Assembly: GCA_964452725.1 (NCBI GenBank) | Contig: CAYVMX010000003.1 | Coordinates: forward strand, 6,670-70,669 | Direction of reading: 5' to 3' | From: an uncultured Candidatus Peribacteria bacterium | GTDB lineage: Bacteria; Patescibacteriota; Gracilibacteria; JAHISY01 | Length of the DNA: 64,000 nt | Shown: positions 16,867-25,278 of the stretch, piece by piece | How positions within the stretch are numbered: the stretch's first letter is position 1 | Layout of the letters: every line of letters begins with the position of its first letter | The notes under the pieces: model-generated | Database searches by the model: none | Told to the model about the DNA's origin: nothing | What the model saw: only the letters and a program-made list of their open reading frames with translations | Made by a program: the position numbers and the translations under genes

Positions 16867-18696
16867 GTGAAGTACAAACTAATCTGTGTCGGCTGTTCAA
16901 AGATTGTGTCTGAAAAGAAATCTGTCACACGCTGTCCGAGCTGTGGTGAGGCTTTGGATGTGGTGTCGGATTTCGCTGCGCTAAAGCAGCGCGTTGCCAA
17001 GGATTTCGACCGGACTGCTCCGCTCTCGGGTCGTAAGTACGCGGCTTTTTATCCGCTCAAAAATCCTCGTAAGGTAGTAAGTCTTGGAGAGGGTGGGACA
17101 CCGCTGATTCAACTAAAAAAAATTGGTCGCCAACTGAAGCTAAAAAATCTCTATGTAAAAAACGAAGGGCAGAACCCGACTGGTGTCTTCAAGGATCGTG
17201 GTTCCCTCGTCGAGGTGACCAAAGCCAAGGAGTTGAACGCCAAGGCAATCGTCTGCGCCAGCACGGGTAATATGGCTGCCTCTGTGAGCGCGTATGCAGC
17301 CCTCTGCGGTCTGCCGTGCTATGTGCTGATCCCAGAGGGCACTCCACTGGGCAAGCTCGCTCAGACGCTCTCTTACGGCGCACGCGTGCTTCAGATCCGC
17401 GGTACATATGGCGACTGCTGCCGACTGTCGGAGGAGATGGCGGCGAAGTATCGCTATTATCTCGCAGGGGATTATGCTTTCCGCGGAGAAGGTCAAAAGT
17501 CACTGGCTTTCGAAGTGTGCGAGCAGCTCGGCTGGGTCGCGCCGGACGTGGTCATCGTACCGGTCGGCTGTGGGACCAATCTCGCAGCGATTTGGCAGGG
17601 TTTCGTCGAGTTCAAGCAGCTCGGCTTCATCAAGAAGCTACCACGTATGATTGCCGTCCAGCCTGAGGGCTGTAGTACGATCGTGGCAGCTTTTCAAAAA
17701 CACAAAAAGCAAGCTCCCATTGTAAAGCAGCCACAGACAGTCTGCTCTGCGGTAGGCATCGGTACACCGCTCGATGATGTCAAAGCGCTGCGCTCACTGC
17801 GACAATCACACGGTACAGCAGTAGCGGTATCAGATACAGTGGTCGTTGCAGCCAATCGCTCACTCGGTGCCGAGGAAGCGATCTTTGTCGAGCCGTCTGG
17901 TGCGCTGCCGCTGGCAGCAGTCGTTCAACTCCAAAAGTCCAAACAGATTCAGCCGACCGATACAGTCGTACTAGTGGCGACAGGTGCTGGGCTCAAAGAC
18001 CCCAAGAACGCGCTAAGAGCACACCCAACTCCGCCGAGTGTCGAGCCAATCAGTAGTGAGATTGATCGCTTCCTCAAGTACAAGCTCTATGCGATCCGTG
18101 CGTCTGGCTATCTCGAAAAAGAAAGGCAACTCTTTACCAAGGTGCCGACAGCAGCACGACTAGCCGTAGTGATAAAAAAAGAGTTCAACGCAAGTCTCAA
18201 AAAAACTCACCTAGCCGAGGTACGAGCTGCGATCGGAGCATTCCTCGCCAAGGGTAAATCTGTCGGCAAGGCTGATCTACAGCACTTGCTGGAGGACGCA
18301 TTGACCGATCTAACGTATGAGACACGTATCTTGGATGTGTTGGATTACGATCTCCAAGTCACCAAGACCAAGCCACCTGAGGCTACCGTTTGGCTGCGGT
18401 TCGCAGGTAGGAAGTGCCACGCCAAAGCGCAAGGTGTAGGTCCGGTCGATGCGGTACTCAATGCCCTACGGACAGCTATCAAAAATCAAGATAAGCTAAA
18501 TATTCGACTGACGGATTATTCTGTACGTATCGATGACAAGGGTACAGCTGCGACGACCGAGGTGAAGATGCGACTACATGACAAGCAAGGTCAGTCAGTG
18601 ATCGCCTCAGCGACTTCACCAGACATTATCACGGCGAGCATTGAAGCTTTTGTAAAAGGTTACAACATCCTCTACTGGAAACAGCAAAGTAAATAA
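16867..18696 (+). CDS. thrC: Threonine synthase fused to a C-terminal LeuA-type allosteric (LeuA_dimer-like) domain
   Basis: N-terminal zinc ribbon CVGC...CPSCG and PLP lysine motif NPTGVFKDRGS. The C-terminal ~110 aa (GVGPVDAVLNALRTAI...LTDYSVRIDDKGTAATTEVKMRL...SPDIITASIEAFVKGYN) match the regulatory-domain pattern of isopropylmalate/citramalate synthases. The ORF is open from 16810; the GTG at 16867 avoids overlapping the upstream gene. Confidence 0.8.
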   Translation: MKYKLICVGCSKIVSEKKSVTRCPSCGEALDVVSDFAALKQRVAKDFDRTAPLSGRKYAAFYPLKNPRKVVSLGEGGTPLIQLKKIGRQLKLKNLYVKNEGQNPTGVFKDRGSLVEVTKAKELNAKAIVCASTGNMAASVSAYAALCGLPCYVLIPEGTPLGKLAQTLSYGARVLQIRGTYGDCCRLSEEMAAKYRYYLAGDYAFRGEGQKSLAFEVCEQLGWVAPDVVIVPVGCGTNLAAIWQGFVEFKQLGFIKKLPRMIAVQPEGCSTIVAAFQKHKKQAPIVKQPQTVCSAVGIGTPLDDVKALRSLRQSHGTAVAVSDTVVVAANRSLGAEEAIFVEPSGALPLAAVVQLQKSKQIQPTDTVVLVATGAGLKDPKNALRAHPTPPSVEPISSEIDRFLKYKLYAIRASGYLEKERQLFTKVPTAARLAVVIKKEFNASLKKTHLAEVRAAIGAFLAKGKSVGKADLQHLLEDALTDLTYETRILDVLDYDLQVTKTKPPEATVWLRFAGRKCHAKAQGVGPVDAVLNALRTAIKNQDKLNIRLTDYSVRIDDKGTAATTEVKMRLHDKQGQSVIASATSPDIITASIEAFVKGYNILYWKQQSK

Positions 18697-18776
18697 TAAT
18701 TCCTAATTTTCGGAGTTTTATCCTTGCCAAATCAGAGCCAGAGGTTTAATTTAAGTTTGATTTAATCTCCAGACTC

Positions 18777-19100
18777 ATGTCTCCAAAGACAAACAACGCA
18801 GAGCCAGAAAGAGATATTACGGTTGTTTTTGAACAATATGGCGAGACTACGGATGAAAGAGGTATGTCTATGTCAGATGGGATCTTGGTTATCCGCGCCA
18901 ATGGTCGCATTGCGCTGACGCAGTCTGGTGTTTGGCGGCAGGACACAGCAGGTTTGAAAATCTCTGGTCTAAACCCAAAGAGCGTCGAGCATCAAGACCT
19001 CATAGCAGAAATTTTGAACGAGCAAAATTTACCAGCAGCAGTACGTCAGCGTTTGGAGATCTTATTGCCCGATGAGAGATCTAGCGCTGGTCACGCCTGA
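18777..19100 (+). CDS. Hypothetical protein
   Basis: 107-aa ORF in an otherwise empty gap, in the same orientation as its neighbours. No recognisable motif. Confidence 0.45.
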   Translation: MSPKTNNAEPERDITVVFEQYGETTDERGMSMSDGILVIRANGRIALTQSGVWRQDTAGLKISGLNPKSVEHQDLIAEILNEQNLPAAVRQRLEILLPDERSSAGHA

Positions 19101-19158
19101 ACTTCCCAACGTACTGGACTCCTGCTAAAATAAAGCTCTGTTTTAGCCTACTTCGCCA

Positions 19159-20085
19159 ATGCCACGTCTACCCAAAGCTTCGTTTCCAATCACCCAAAAG
19201 ATCTGGTTCAACGGTAAGCTAGTCGACTGGGAGAAGGCAACGACACACGTGATGAGCCATGCTTTACATTATGGTTCTGGTGTTTTCGAGGGTATTCGTT
19301 TTTACGAGACACCGCGCGGACCGGCGATCTTCCGTCTGAAAGAGCATGTTGAAAGATTATTCTACTCTGCAGAGACACTGGCGATGAAAATCCCTTTTTC
19401 GCGCAAAAGAATTGCCGATGCGATAGTCGAAACTGTCAAAAAGAACAAAGTCCAGTCTGGCTACATCCGTCCGCTCGCCTACTTCGGCTATGGCAAGATG
19501 GGTCTCAACCCTGTCGGTGCGCCAGTCGAGGTTACGATCGCGTGTTGGCCGTGGGGTAGCTATCTCGGTGGTGAGCCGATCCGAGTCAAGACTTCTCAGT
19601 ATATCCGTATCCACCCACGTTCGCTCGTCGCAGATGCCAAGGTCTGTGGACACTATGTCAACAGTATCCTAGCCAGTCTCGAGATTCAAAAAAGCGGCTA
19701 TCACGAGGCGCTGCTACTCGACTATCGTGGCTATGTCGCCGAGGGTCCTGGTGAAAATGTGTTTTTCCTCAAGCGGGGAGTGCTCCACACTCCTCGTCTC
19801 GGTACAATTCTAAACGGCATCACTCGCGCGACTGTGATCCAGCTGGCAAAAGATCTGAAAATCAAAGTCAAAGAGGGCGACTACAAACTCAAAGCCTTGC
19901 TCGCAGCAGATGAGGTTTTCTTCGTCGGGACAGCTGCCGAGGTCCAGCCGATCGGTTCGATCGACCGCCAAAAGATCGGTAACGGCAAGGCTGGACCGAT
20001 TACAACTCAATTACGAGAATTATACCTAAATACGGTCAGTGGGCAGGAAGCACGCTATCGCAAGTACCTGACTTATATTCGCTAA
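19159..20085 (+). CDS. ilvE: Branched-chain amino acid aminotransferase
   Basis: ALHYGSGVFEGIRFY, EGPGENVF and GITR motifs of fold-type IV aminotransferases. Confidence 0.92.
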   Translation: MPRLPKASFPITQKIWFNGKLVDWEKATTHVMSHALHYGSGVFEGIRFYETPRGPAIFRLKEHVERLFYSAETLAMKIPFSRKRIADAIVETVKKNKVQSGYIRPLAYFGYGKMGLNPVGAPVEVTIACWPWGSYLGGEPIRVKTSQYIRIHPRSLVADAKVCGHYVNSILASLEIQKSGYHEALLLDYRGYVAEGPGENVFFLKRGVLHTPRLGTILNGITRATVIQLAKDLKIKVKEGDYKLKALLAADEVFFVGTAAEVQPIGSIDRQKIGNGKAGPITTQLRELYLNTVSGQEARYRKYLTYIR

Positions 20086-20114
20086 GGTGTATTTAATAAT
20101 TTAAAATTTTAGCA

Positions 20115-21671
20115 ATGCGCTTACACATTATATCTCGATTGCTTTTGGTGTTTGGTGTTGCCCTGCTGGGGGCGTATAGTGCGCCGCTGGCGACCTCACT
20201 GACCGAGACAGTGTCGACCCCGACTGACTTAGTTCAAAGCGCTCCCGAAGCTGTAGATGAGCTACAGGCGGTCGTCTCTGCGCAGGAGTCTGTCCGAGCA
20301 GGTAAGAATATTATTTTCAATGCAGCGCGTAGCTACAATCCCAACCCTGAACGTCCAGCAGTTTATAATTGGGATTTTGGTGATGGTACTTTTGATACAG
20401 GTGAAGAGGTGGTACATGTTTTTCGCCAGCCAGGGATTTATGATGTGACGCTAAATCTACGAGTAGGTAACGAGACAGATACGGTGACCTTCCCGATCTT
20501 TGCCTATGCGCGTGCGGTGCTACTGGTCGCCGATGATTCGAATAAGGAAAACCAACTCTTGGCATTGGCAGGAGCTGCCCGAGCAGAAGGTATCTTGCTT
20601 GCTGTGGCACGGGGTTATAGTACGACATTTACGCGTGAAAACTCCATCATTACTGCTCTCCAAGAAAAAACCGAAGCACTGGCAAATGCTGAGCTAATTG
20701 TGCTTTGGACGAAGGGCAGTGGAGGACTCAGTGCTCTGACTCAGTTTTTTCACGAACAAATCGACTCATTTGATTTCAGTGGTCGTAGGATCGCTGTCAT
20801 CAGTGAAGGTAATTTAGCTGACCTCGCTCAAATTTCTCGTAGTACTTTTGCGACGCTCGAGCCAGCGGAGATTATCCTTACTCGTGCCGATGCGCTACGT
20901 GAGCTGATACTCCGTGGCTATACTTCTGATACGGCTACTACACTCTCCGATCAGGCAATCCCTGCTATGATTGTCGATTCGGGTTTAGCAGAGTTCAATC
21001 CACTCTGGAGTCTTTCTTTCATTGTCAATCGCCTCCTCAGTCAGGGTATACCAGCCTCGATGTTGCTTTTGATACTTATGTTGCCGGTGATTGCGACGAT
21101 TGTAGCGTTTCTCAAACAAGTCGTAGGCATTACAACTTTCGGAGTTTATACGCCTTCAGTGATTACACTTTCTTTTCTGATCCTCGGTATTTGGCTTGGC
21201 ATTGCGATTTTATTCGTTGTGATTATTGCTAGTACAATCATGCGTCGACTGCTGCGACACTATCGACTGAGCTATACGCCACGGATGGCCCTAGTGCTGA
21301 CTGGTGTAGCATTGGCGATTTTGTTTACTGTTGCTGCTTTGACAGAGCTGACGAATTTCAGTGGAGCGAATATTGGTAGTTTTGTTTTTCCGATTTTGAT
21401 TATGGGTACGCTTGCCGAGCGATTTGCCTCTGTGCAGACAGAAAAAGGCACTTATTCAGCTGTACAGCTGACCATAGAGGTTACGTTTGTCGCGGTAGTT
21501 TGTTATCTCATCGTAGGTCAGTGGGTTGCCTTTCGGACACTCATGCTGGCGACACCAGAGATAGTGTTTATCTTCATCGGGGCAGATATCATGTTGGGTC
21601 GTTATACTGGTCTGCGCATCACAGAGTATGTGCGGTTCAAGGACGTGCTCAAAAAGGCGGAGGAAGAGTAA
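20115..21671 (+). CDS. Secreted PKD-domain protein with a C-terminal polytopic (7TM-like) membrane domain
   Basis: Signal peptide. PKD motif NWDFGDGTFDTGEEVVHVFRQPGIYDVTLNL. About 6-7 TM segments in the last 200 aa. Confidence 0.65.
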   Translation: MRLHIISRLLLVFGVALLGAYSAPLATSLTETVSTPTDLVQSAPEAVDELQAVVSAQESVRAGKNIIFNAARSYNPNPERPAVYNWDFGDGTFDTGEEVVHVFRQPGIYDVTLNLRVGNETDTVTFPIFAYARAVLLVADDSNKENQLLALAGAARAEGILLAVARGYSTTFTRENSIITALQEKTEALANAELIVLWTKGSGGLSALTQFFHEQIDSFDFSGRRIAVISEGNLADLAQISRSTFATLEPAEIILTRADALRELILRGYTSDTATTLSDQAIPAMIVDSGLAEFNPLWSLSFIVNRLLSQGIPASMLLLILMLPVIATIVAFLKQVVGITTFGVYTPSVITLSFLILGIWLGIAILFVVIIASTIMRRLLRHYRLSYTPRMALVLTGVALAILFTVAALTELTNFSGANIGSFVFPILIMGTLAERFASVQTEKGTYSAVQLTIEVTFVAVVCYLIVGQWVAFRTLMLATPEIVFIFIGADIMLGRYTGLRITEYVRFKDVLKKAEEE

Positions 21672-21699
21672 AGCTAGCAATTCTCGATAGAAGGTTGGT

Positions 21700-22230
21700 T
21701 TAGCGTAGTAGTCCGACTCCGAGAGCGAGTGCAATGACAGCTATGACAGCGAAGCCAACTAGCAGCACGCTGTTTTTTATTTTTAGCGCATTGAGATTAT
21801 CTTTGAGTGAGGCGGTTTCTTTTTGGAGTTCATCTTCACGTTGTTTGTACTCCAGTAGTGGCACGGAGGCCTTTACTTGTGCTTCTAGCTGACCGACACG
21901 AAAGCTGGCAGCTTCAAGCTTCTCCTGCTTAGCTTTGAGGTCTGTATTAGCTTCTTCGTAGAGTTTTTGAAAGACCTTTTCTTCACTACTGGGCTGGACT
22001 GTGATACGTTCGGCTCGCGGCTCGGCAGTAGCATTACTGTGTGATTCTGATTTAGTTTTGGGTTTTTTTACGGTTAGTTGTCCTAGTTCGCCAGCATGGA
22101 CAAAGATCGCACGACCCTGTGTTTTGTATTTCAATTTACCAGAGCGTAGCCAGCGATCGAGTGTACGGGTAGACACACCGAGCTGATCGGCGGCATCTTC
22201 ACGCGAGACTGAATACTGGCTGACGGACAT
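21700..22230 (-). CDS. Membrane-anchored helix-turn-helix (excisionase/MerR-like) protein with a coiled coil
   Basis: The start is taken at MSVSQYSV. HTH QLGVSTRTLDRWLRSGKL, a central coiled coil and a C-terminal TM segment VLLVGFAVIAVIALALGVGLL. Confidence 0.6.
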   Translation of the reverse strand: MSVSQYSVSREDAADQLGVSTRTLDRWLRSGKLKYKTQGRAIFVHAGELGQLTVKKPKTKSESHSNATAEPRAERITVQPSSEEKVFQKLYEEANTDLKAKQEKLEAASFRVGQLEAQVKASVPLLEYKQREDELQKETASLKDNLNALKIKNSVLLVGFAVIAVIALALGVGLLR

Positions 22231-22293
22231 GTCTAGACGTAAAATAGCACTTCCAAAACTACTTAGCAAGGGCTGAGAATGTCTGGTAGACAG

Positions 22294-23286
22294 TTATTGT
22301 TCGGTGATGGTTTCTTTTACCCGCATGCCAAAGTGTCGACCGGCCTCTTCGGTGTAGGCGAGGACTTCGTCACCGGGCTGGAGCTGAGTGACGGAGATCC
22401 AGCCACCACCGGGTTTGGTTAGGCGGATAGTCTCGGCATTCTGAAGCTGGAGTGAGATGGTTTTGTTTTCTACTTTAGCCTTCACCAGTAGCATGGGGCG
22501 ACGTTCGACCTTGGCGCGACCGACGGTCACGGGGAATGTATTACCCTCGGGATCACAAGCAATCACACGGCGACCAGCTTTCATCTCGCTGAGATAGCTA
22601 GTCTTGCCATCGGGTAGGCGGACATAGGCGTGGACTGCGCCAGCATTGACTCGAAAAGGTCGGGCAGCGACGTATTCGTTTTCGACGTTTTCATTGTGTA
22701 CGAGGAACATCGCAGCTGAGCTATCACCGACGAGTGCGCCTTGTCCGGGTGCGAGGATTGAAGTGGTGTCGATACAGACTCGATCAGCGACGCCAGCTGG
22801 TGTGATGCTCTCGACTACTGCTGTGACGAGTTCGAGTTTTTCATTATTTGCTTCGCGGACGATCGCTGCGACGTCGATGATGTCTTGTACTGTCTTTGGG
22901 TTTAAACACACGCCAGCTGCGCCGACTTCCATCGTCTCTAGCGCGAGCCGAGCTTGCTCGGTATCATCAGCGCCTTGTATGATAGTCGCTCCTGCGGCGA
23001 TTAGATTTTCTAGCGGTATGATAGTCCAGTTCGTATTGCGAATGATGACAGGAACTTTGGCAGCAGCAGCACGTTCTTCGTCAGCCTTGTTTTCGATCGT
23101 GAGGTCGAGGATATCTTTGTCAGGTATCTGATCGCCGTCGGCTGCTACTACAGTGATGAGTCCGAGTTTCGCGACGTCTTTGACATGACCCTCAGGTAGT
23201 ACGAGCGCATCAGCACCTTGCTCGAGCGCAGCTTGAGCGAGAGCTTTATCCCATTTGGCGAGACGAATATAAAAAAGCTTTTGCAT
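22294..23286 (-). CDS. 3-dehydroquinate synthase II (archaeal type, AroB')
   Basis: Blocks WTIIPLENLIA, DRVCIDT, FLVHNENVENEYVAARPFRVNAGAVHAYV, LSEMKAGRRV, VERRPMLLVKA, LQNAETIRL and RHFGMRVKETI are near-collinear with the Methanocaldococcus MJ1249-type enzyme as I recall it. Confidence 0.8.
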   Translation of the reverse strand: MQKLFYIRLAKWDKALAQAALEQGADALVLPEGHVKDVAKLGLITVVAADGDQIPDKDILDLTIENKADEERAAAAKVPVIIRNTNWTIIPLENLIAAGATIIQGADDTEQARLALETMEVGAAGVCLNPKTVQDIIDVAAIVREANNEKLELVTAVVESITPAGVADRVCIDTTSILAPGQGALVGDSSAAMFLVHNENVENEYVAARPFRVNAGAVHAYVRLPDGKTSYLSEMKAGRRVIACDPEGNTFPVTVGRAKVERRPMLLVKAKVENKTISLQLQNAETIRLTKPGGGWISVTQLQPGDEVLAYTEEAGRHFGMRVKETITEQ

Positions 23287-23316
23287 TACTCCACTATTCT
23301 AGCAAAAATAGAATCC

Positions 23317-24012
23317 ATGCGTGTAGTGCTGACTCACCCGAGTCGTCGTCCCGACGAATTGAAAGCTGCTCTACGAGCAGCAAAAATCCAGCTAGTTCAC
23401 TTGCCCCAGTTAAAGATAACATCGCTAAAACCGAAACTACTCCAAACTAAGCCAGATTGGCTTGTGTTACTTTCGCAGAGTGCCGTGCGGGCGACCAGCC
23501 TGAGCTTGAAAAAACTTCAAACTACCAAAATCGCAACAGTCGGCGCAGCGACGCGTAGTTTGGTCCGTGAGCTAGGCATAGCTGTTGCATTTACACCTCA
23601 GACTTTCACTGCGCTGGAGTTGGCAAAAACTTTACCAATAAAAAAAGGTGAAACAGTCTGGCTGTACTCTGGTGGTCAGACAGACGAGCGATTTTTTCGG
23701 CAGTTGCGAAAGCGTGGTGTAGTCGTTCGAGAGTTCAAAGTCTACACAGCCAAACCAATCAGCTATCCTGTCTCACGATTAAAAAAAGTTTTTACCAAAC
23801 CAGTCGATGCTATCGGTCTGACGAGTGCAGCAGGGGTAGCAGCACTAGCTCAGAATTTGAAAAAGCTGAAATTGACCAAACTACCGCCAGTAGTCTGTCT
23901 GGGATCAGTCGCAGCGAGTGCTGCTAGGCGTGCAGGCTTTCGTCAGATCACTGTCGCCGAGCGAGCGAATTTCGCTGCATTCGCTACCTGCTTTACGAAG
24001 CAGCCACAGTGA
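23317..24012 (+). CDS. hemD: Uroporphyrinogen-III synthase
   Basis: HemD-like size and pattern (MRVVLTHPSRRPDELKAAL..., two Rossmann-like halves). The start is the internal Met at 23317, because the 5' part of the ORF overlaps the divergent gene. Confidence 0.7.
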   Translation: MRVVLTHPSRRPDELKAALRAAKIQLVHLPQLKITSLKPKLLQTKPDWLVLLSQSAVRATSLSLKKLQTTKIATVGAATRSLVRELGIAVAFTPQTFTALELAKTLPIKKGETVWLYSGGQTDERFFRQLRKRGVVVREFKVYTAKPISYPVSRLKKVFTKPVDAIGLTSAAGVAALAQNLKKLKLTKLPPVVCLGSVAASAARRAGFRQITVAERANFAAFATCFTKQPQ

Positions 24013-24027
24013 TCTAAACTCGTGTCC

Positions 24028-24597
24028 ATGCAAATTACTTACAAAGACAAGATAGGTTTCGTACTCAAGGGTGATCGCACGACAGTCGCTCTCTGCCTCG
24101 CTCCAGCGCAGGTCGGTGCTGAGCAGATTGTAGTTGCCGCTGGTGAAGACGATGTGATCAAGGCAAGCAAGGATCAGTCAGTCTTTGATTGGCCGGGTGA
24201 ATACGAGGCTAGTGGTGTGATGGTGATGATAATCCCAGTCGGCAAGGAGCGTAGCGCTCGTGTAGTCAAAGTAATTCACGACGACATTAGTCTCGTCCAC
24301 CTTGACAATATTGCCGAGCCGCTCACAGAAGCCGAAGAAGAAAAGATTGGCAACGTTGATCTGCTCTTCGTCAATATTGGCAAGAGTGCCAAGCTGCCAA
24401 CCAAAGGTGTCCAGGCTACGATCGAGGGTATCGACCCTAAGCTTGTCGTACCGATGAACTACACCGCTGGAGAAGAAAAAGAGTTTGCCAAGGCACTTGG
24501 GTTTGCCGAAGCAGAGGCTGAGAGTGTACTCAAGATCAAAAAGTCAGACTTCTCATCTGAGAAAATGAGCTTCGCTGTCCTCAGGCCACAGAAGTAA
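24028..24597 (+). CDS. Hypothetical protein (possibly a degenerate MBL-fold protein)
   Basis: About 190-aa ORF directly after hemD. There is no metal-binding HxHxDH motif. Only the coding call is supported, not the function. Confidence 0.5.
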   Translation: MQITYKDKIGFVLKGDRTTVALCLAPAQVGAEQIVVAAGEDDVIKASKDQSVFDWPGEYEASGVMVMIIPVGKERSARVVKVIHDDISLVHLDNIAEPLTEAEEEKIGNVDLLFVNIGKSAKLPTKGVQATIEGIDPKLVVPMNYTAGEEKEFAKALGFAEAEAESVLKIKKSDFSSEKMSFAVLRPQK

Positions 24598-24665
24598 ACA
24601 AGGCAGTTTTTTTAATCAAAAATTAGACTGCCTCAGACGAGGTGGATTTTGCCAAAGCATTATTT

Positions 24666-24740
24666 GTCCCCATAGTTCAATGGATAGAACGACCCTCTCC
24701 TAAGGGGTAGATCTAGGTTCGACTCCTGGTGGGGACACCA
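24666..24740 (+). tRNA. tRNA-Arg (anticodon CCU), CCA encoded
   Basis: gtcccca/tggggac acceptor stem, anticodon loop ctCCTaa, T-arm ctagg-ttcgact-cctgg. Confidence 0.93.
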
Positions 24741-24935
24741 GCTAGGTTATCTCGCCGTAGGCGGGGGTGTTCTAGCTGGCAATCCTACTGTGATAGAAGC
24801 TGGAAACGTACAAAGCTTGAATTAGCACTACCGTATCGGGGCTGCCCCGTGTACAGACTTCGCTACCGTACAATCAAAAAGCTAGCTTCGACTCCTGGTG
24901 GGGACACCAGCTAGGTTATCTCGCCGTAGGCGGGG
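24741..24935 (+). repeat. tRNA-3'-linked element, copy B: insert plus a 49-nt repeat of the tRNA-Arg(CCU) 3' end and trailer
   Basis: 24718-24766 is identical to 24887-24935. Contains the hairpin ctcgcc-gtag-gcgggg, GTTCTAGCTGG, GAATTAGCACTACCGTATCGG, the stem-loop CGGGG-CTG-CCCCG (24837-24849) and the terminus GTACAATCAAAAAGCTAGC. Confidence 0.85.
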
Positions 24936-24945
24936 CGAATCTTAG

Positions 24946-25119
24946 TGGCGGAAGGGAAGGGATAGTCGCTACGCTCTCCTGCTGCGTCGCTCACAATCAA
25001 GCACATACTGCGCGTGGCTTGTTGTTCGCTATCCTCGCAGGTCGAACCCATGCAAGCACAGGGTGCTCACCAATCCCCTGCCACAACAAAATCTCCACCC
25101 TGTGGCGGAGAACTTGTCA
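24946..25119 (-). repeat. tRNA-3'-linked element, copy C: 156-nt insert plus an 18-nt repeat of the tRNA-Ser 3' end
   Basis: 24946-24963 is identical to 25120-25137 (tggcggaagggaagggat). In tRNA orientation it starts with the hairpin ctccgcc-acag-ggtggag and ends GAGCGTAGCGACT. It is the most divergent copy. Confidence 0.75.
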
Positions 25120-25209
25120 TGGCGGAAGGGAAGGGATTCGAACCCTCGGTACGGTTGCCCGCACACACGCTTTCCAAGCGTGCGCCTTCGACCACTCGGC
25201 CACCCTTCC
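25120..25209 (-). tRNA. tRNA-Ser (anticodon GGA), long variable arm, CCA encoded
   Basis: Reverse complement: ggaagggtggccgagtggtcgaaggcgcacgcttGGAaagcgtgtgtgcgggcaaccgtaccgagggttcgaatcccttcccttccgcca. Confidence 0.93.
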
Positions 25210-25278
25210 GTTTTAGATTGTGATGTTAAAAAAACGAGGCACTCCTGCCACGTTTTGTTTGTGACAGGGCTTACCTTA

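Noticed and set aside
17140-17666. Arg/Ser-rich ORFs on both strands inside thrC
   Set aside because: They are embedded in a well-supported PLP enzyme gene. Their composition is typical of off-frame translation of GC-rich coding DNA.
21672-21699. AGCTAGC motif after the PKD-membrane gene as a possible extra copy of the tRNA-linked element terminus
   Set aside because: Only a 7-nt match. None of the other conserved blocks and no tRNA fragment is nearby, so chance occurrence is likely.
24718-24963. Possible CRISPR array or attL/attR of a large integrated island, suggested by the direct repeats near tRNAs
   Set aside because: Each repeat occurs only twice and consists of the tRNA's own 3' end. 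The 'spacers' are homologous to each other rather than unique, so this is not a CRISPR array. The repeats are only 167-190 nt apart, so there is no island-sized cargo and no integrase.
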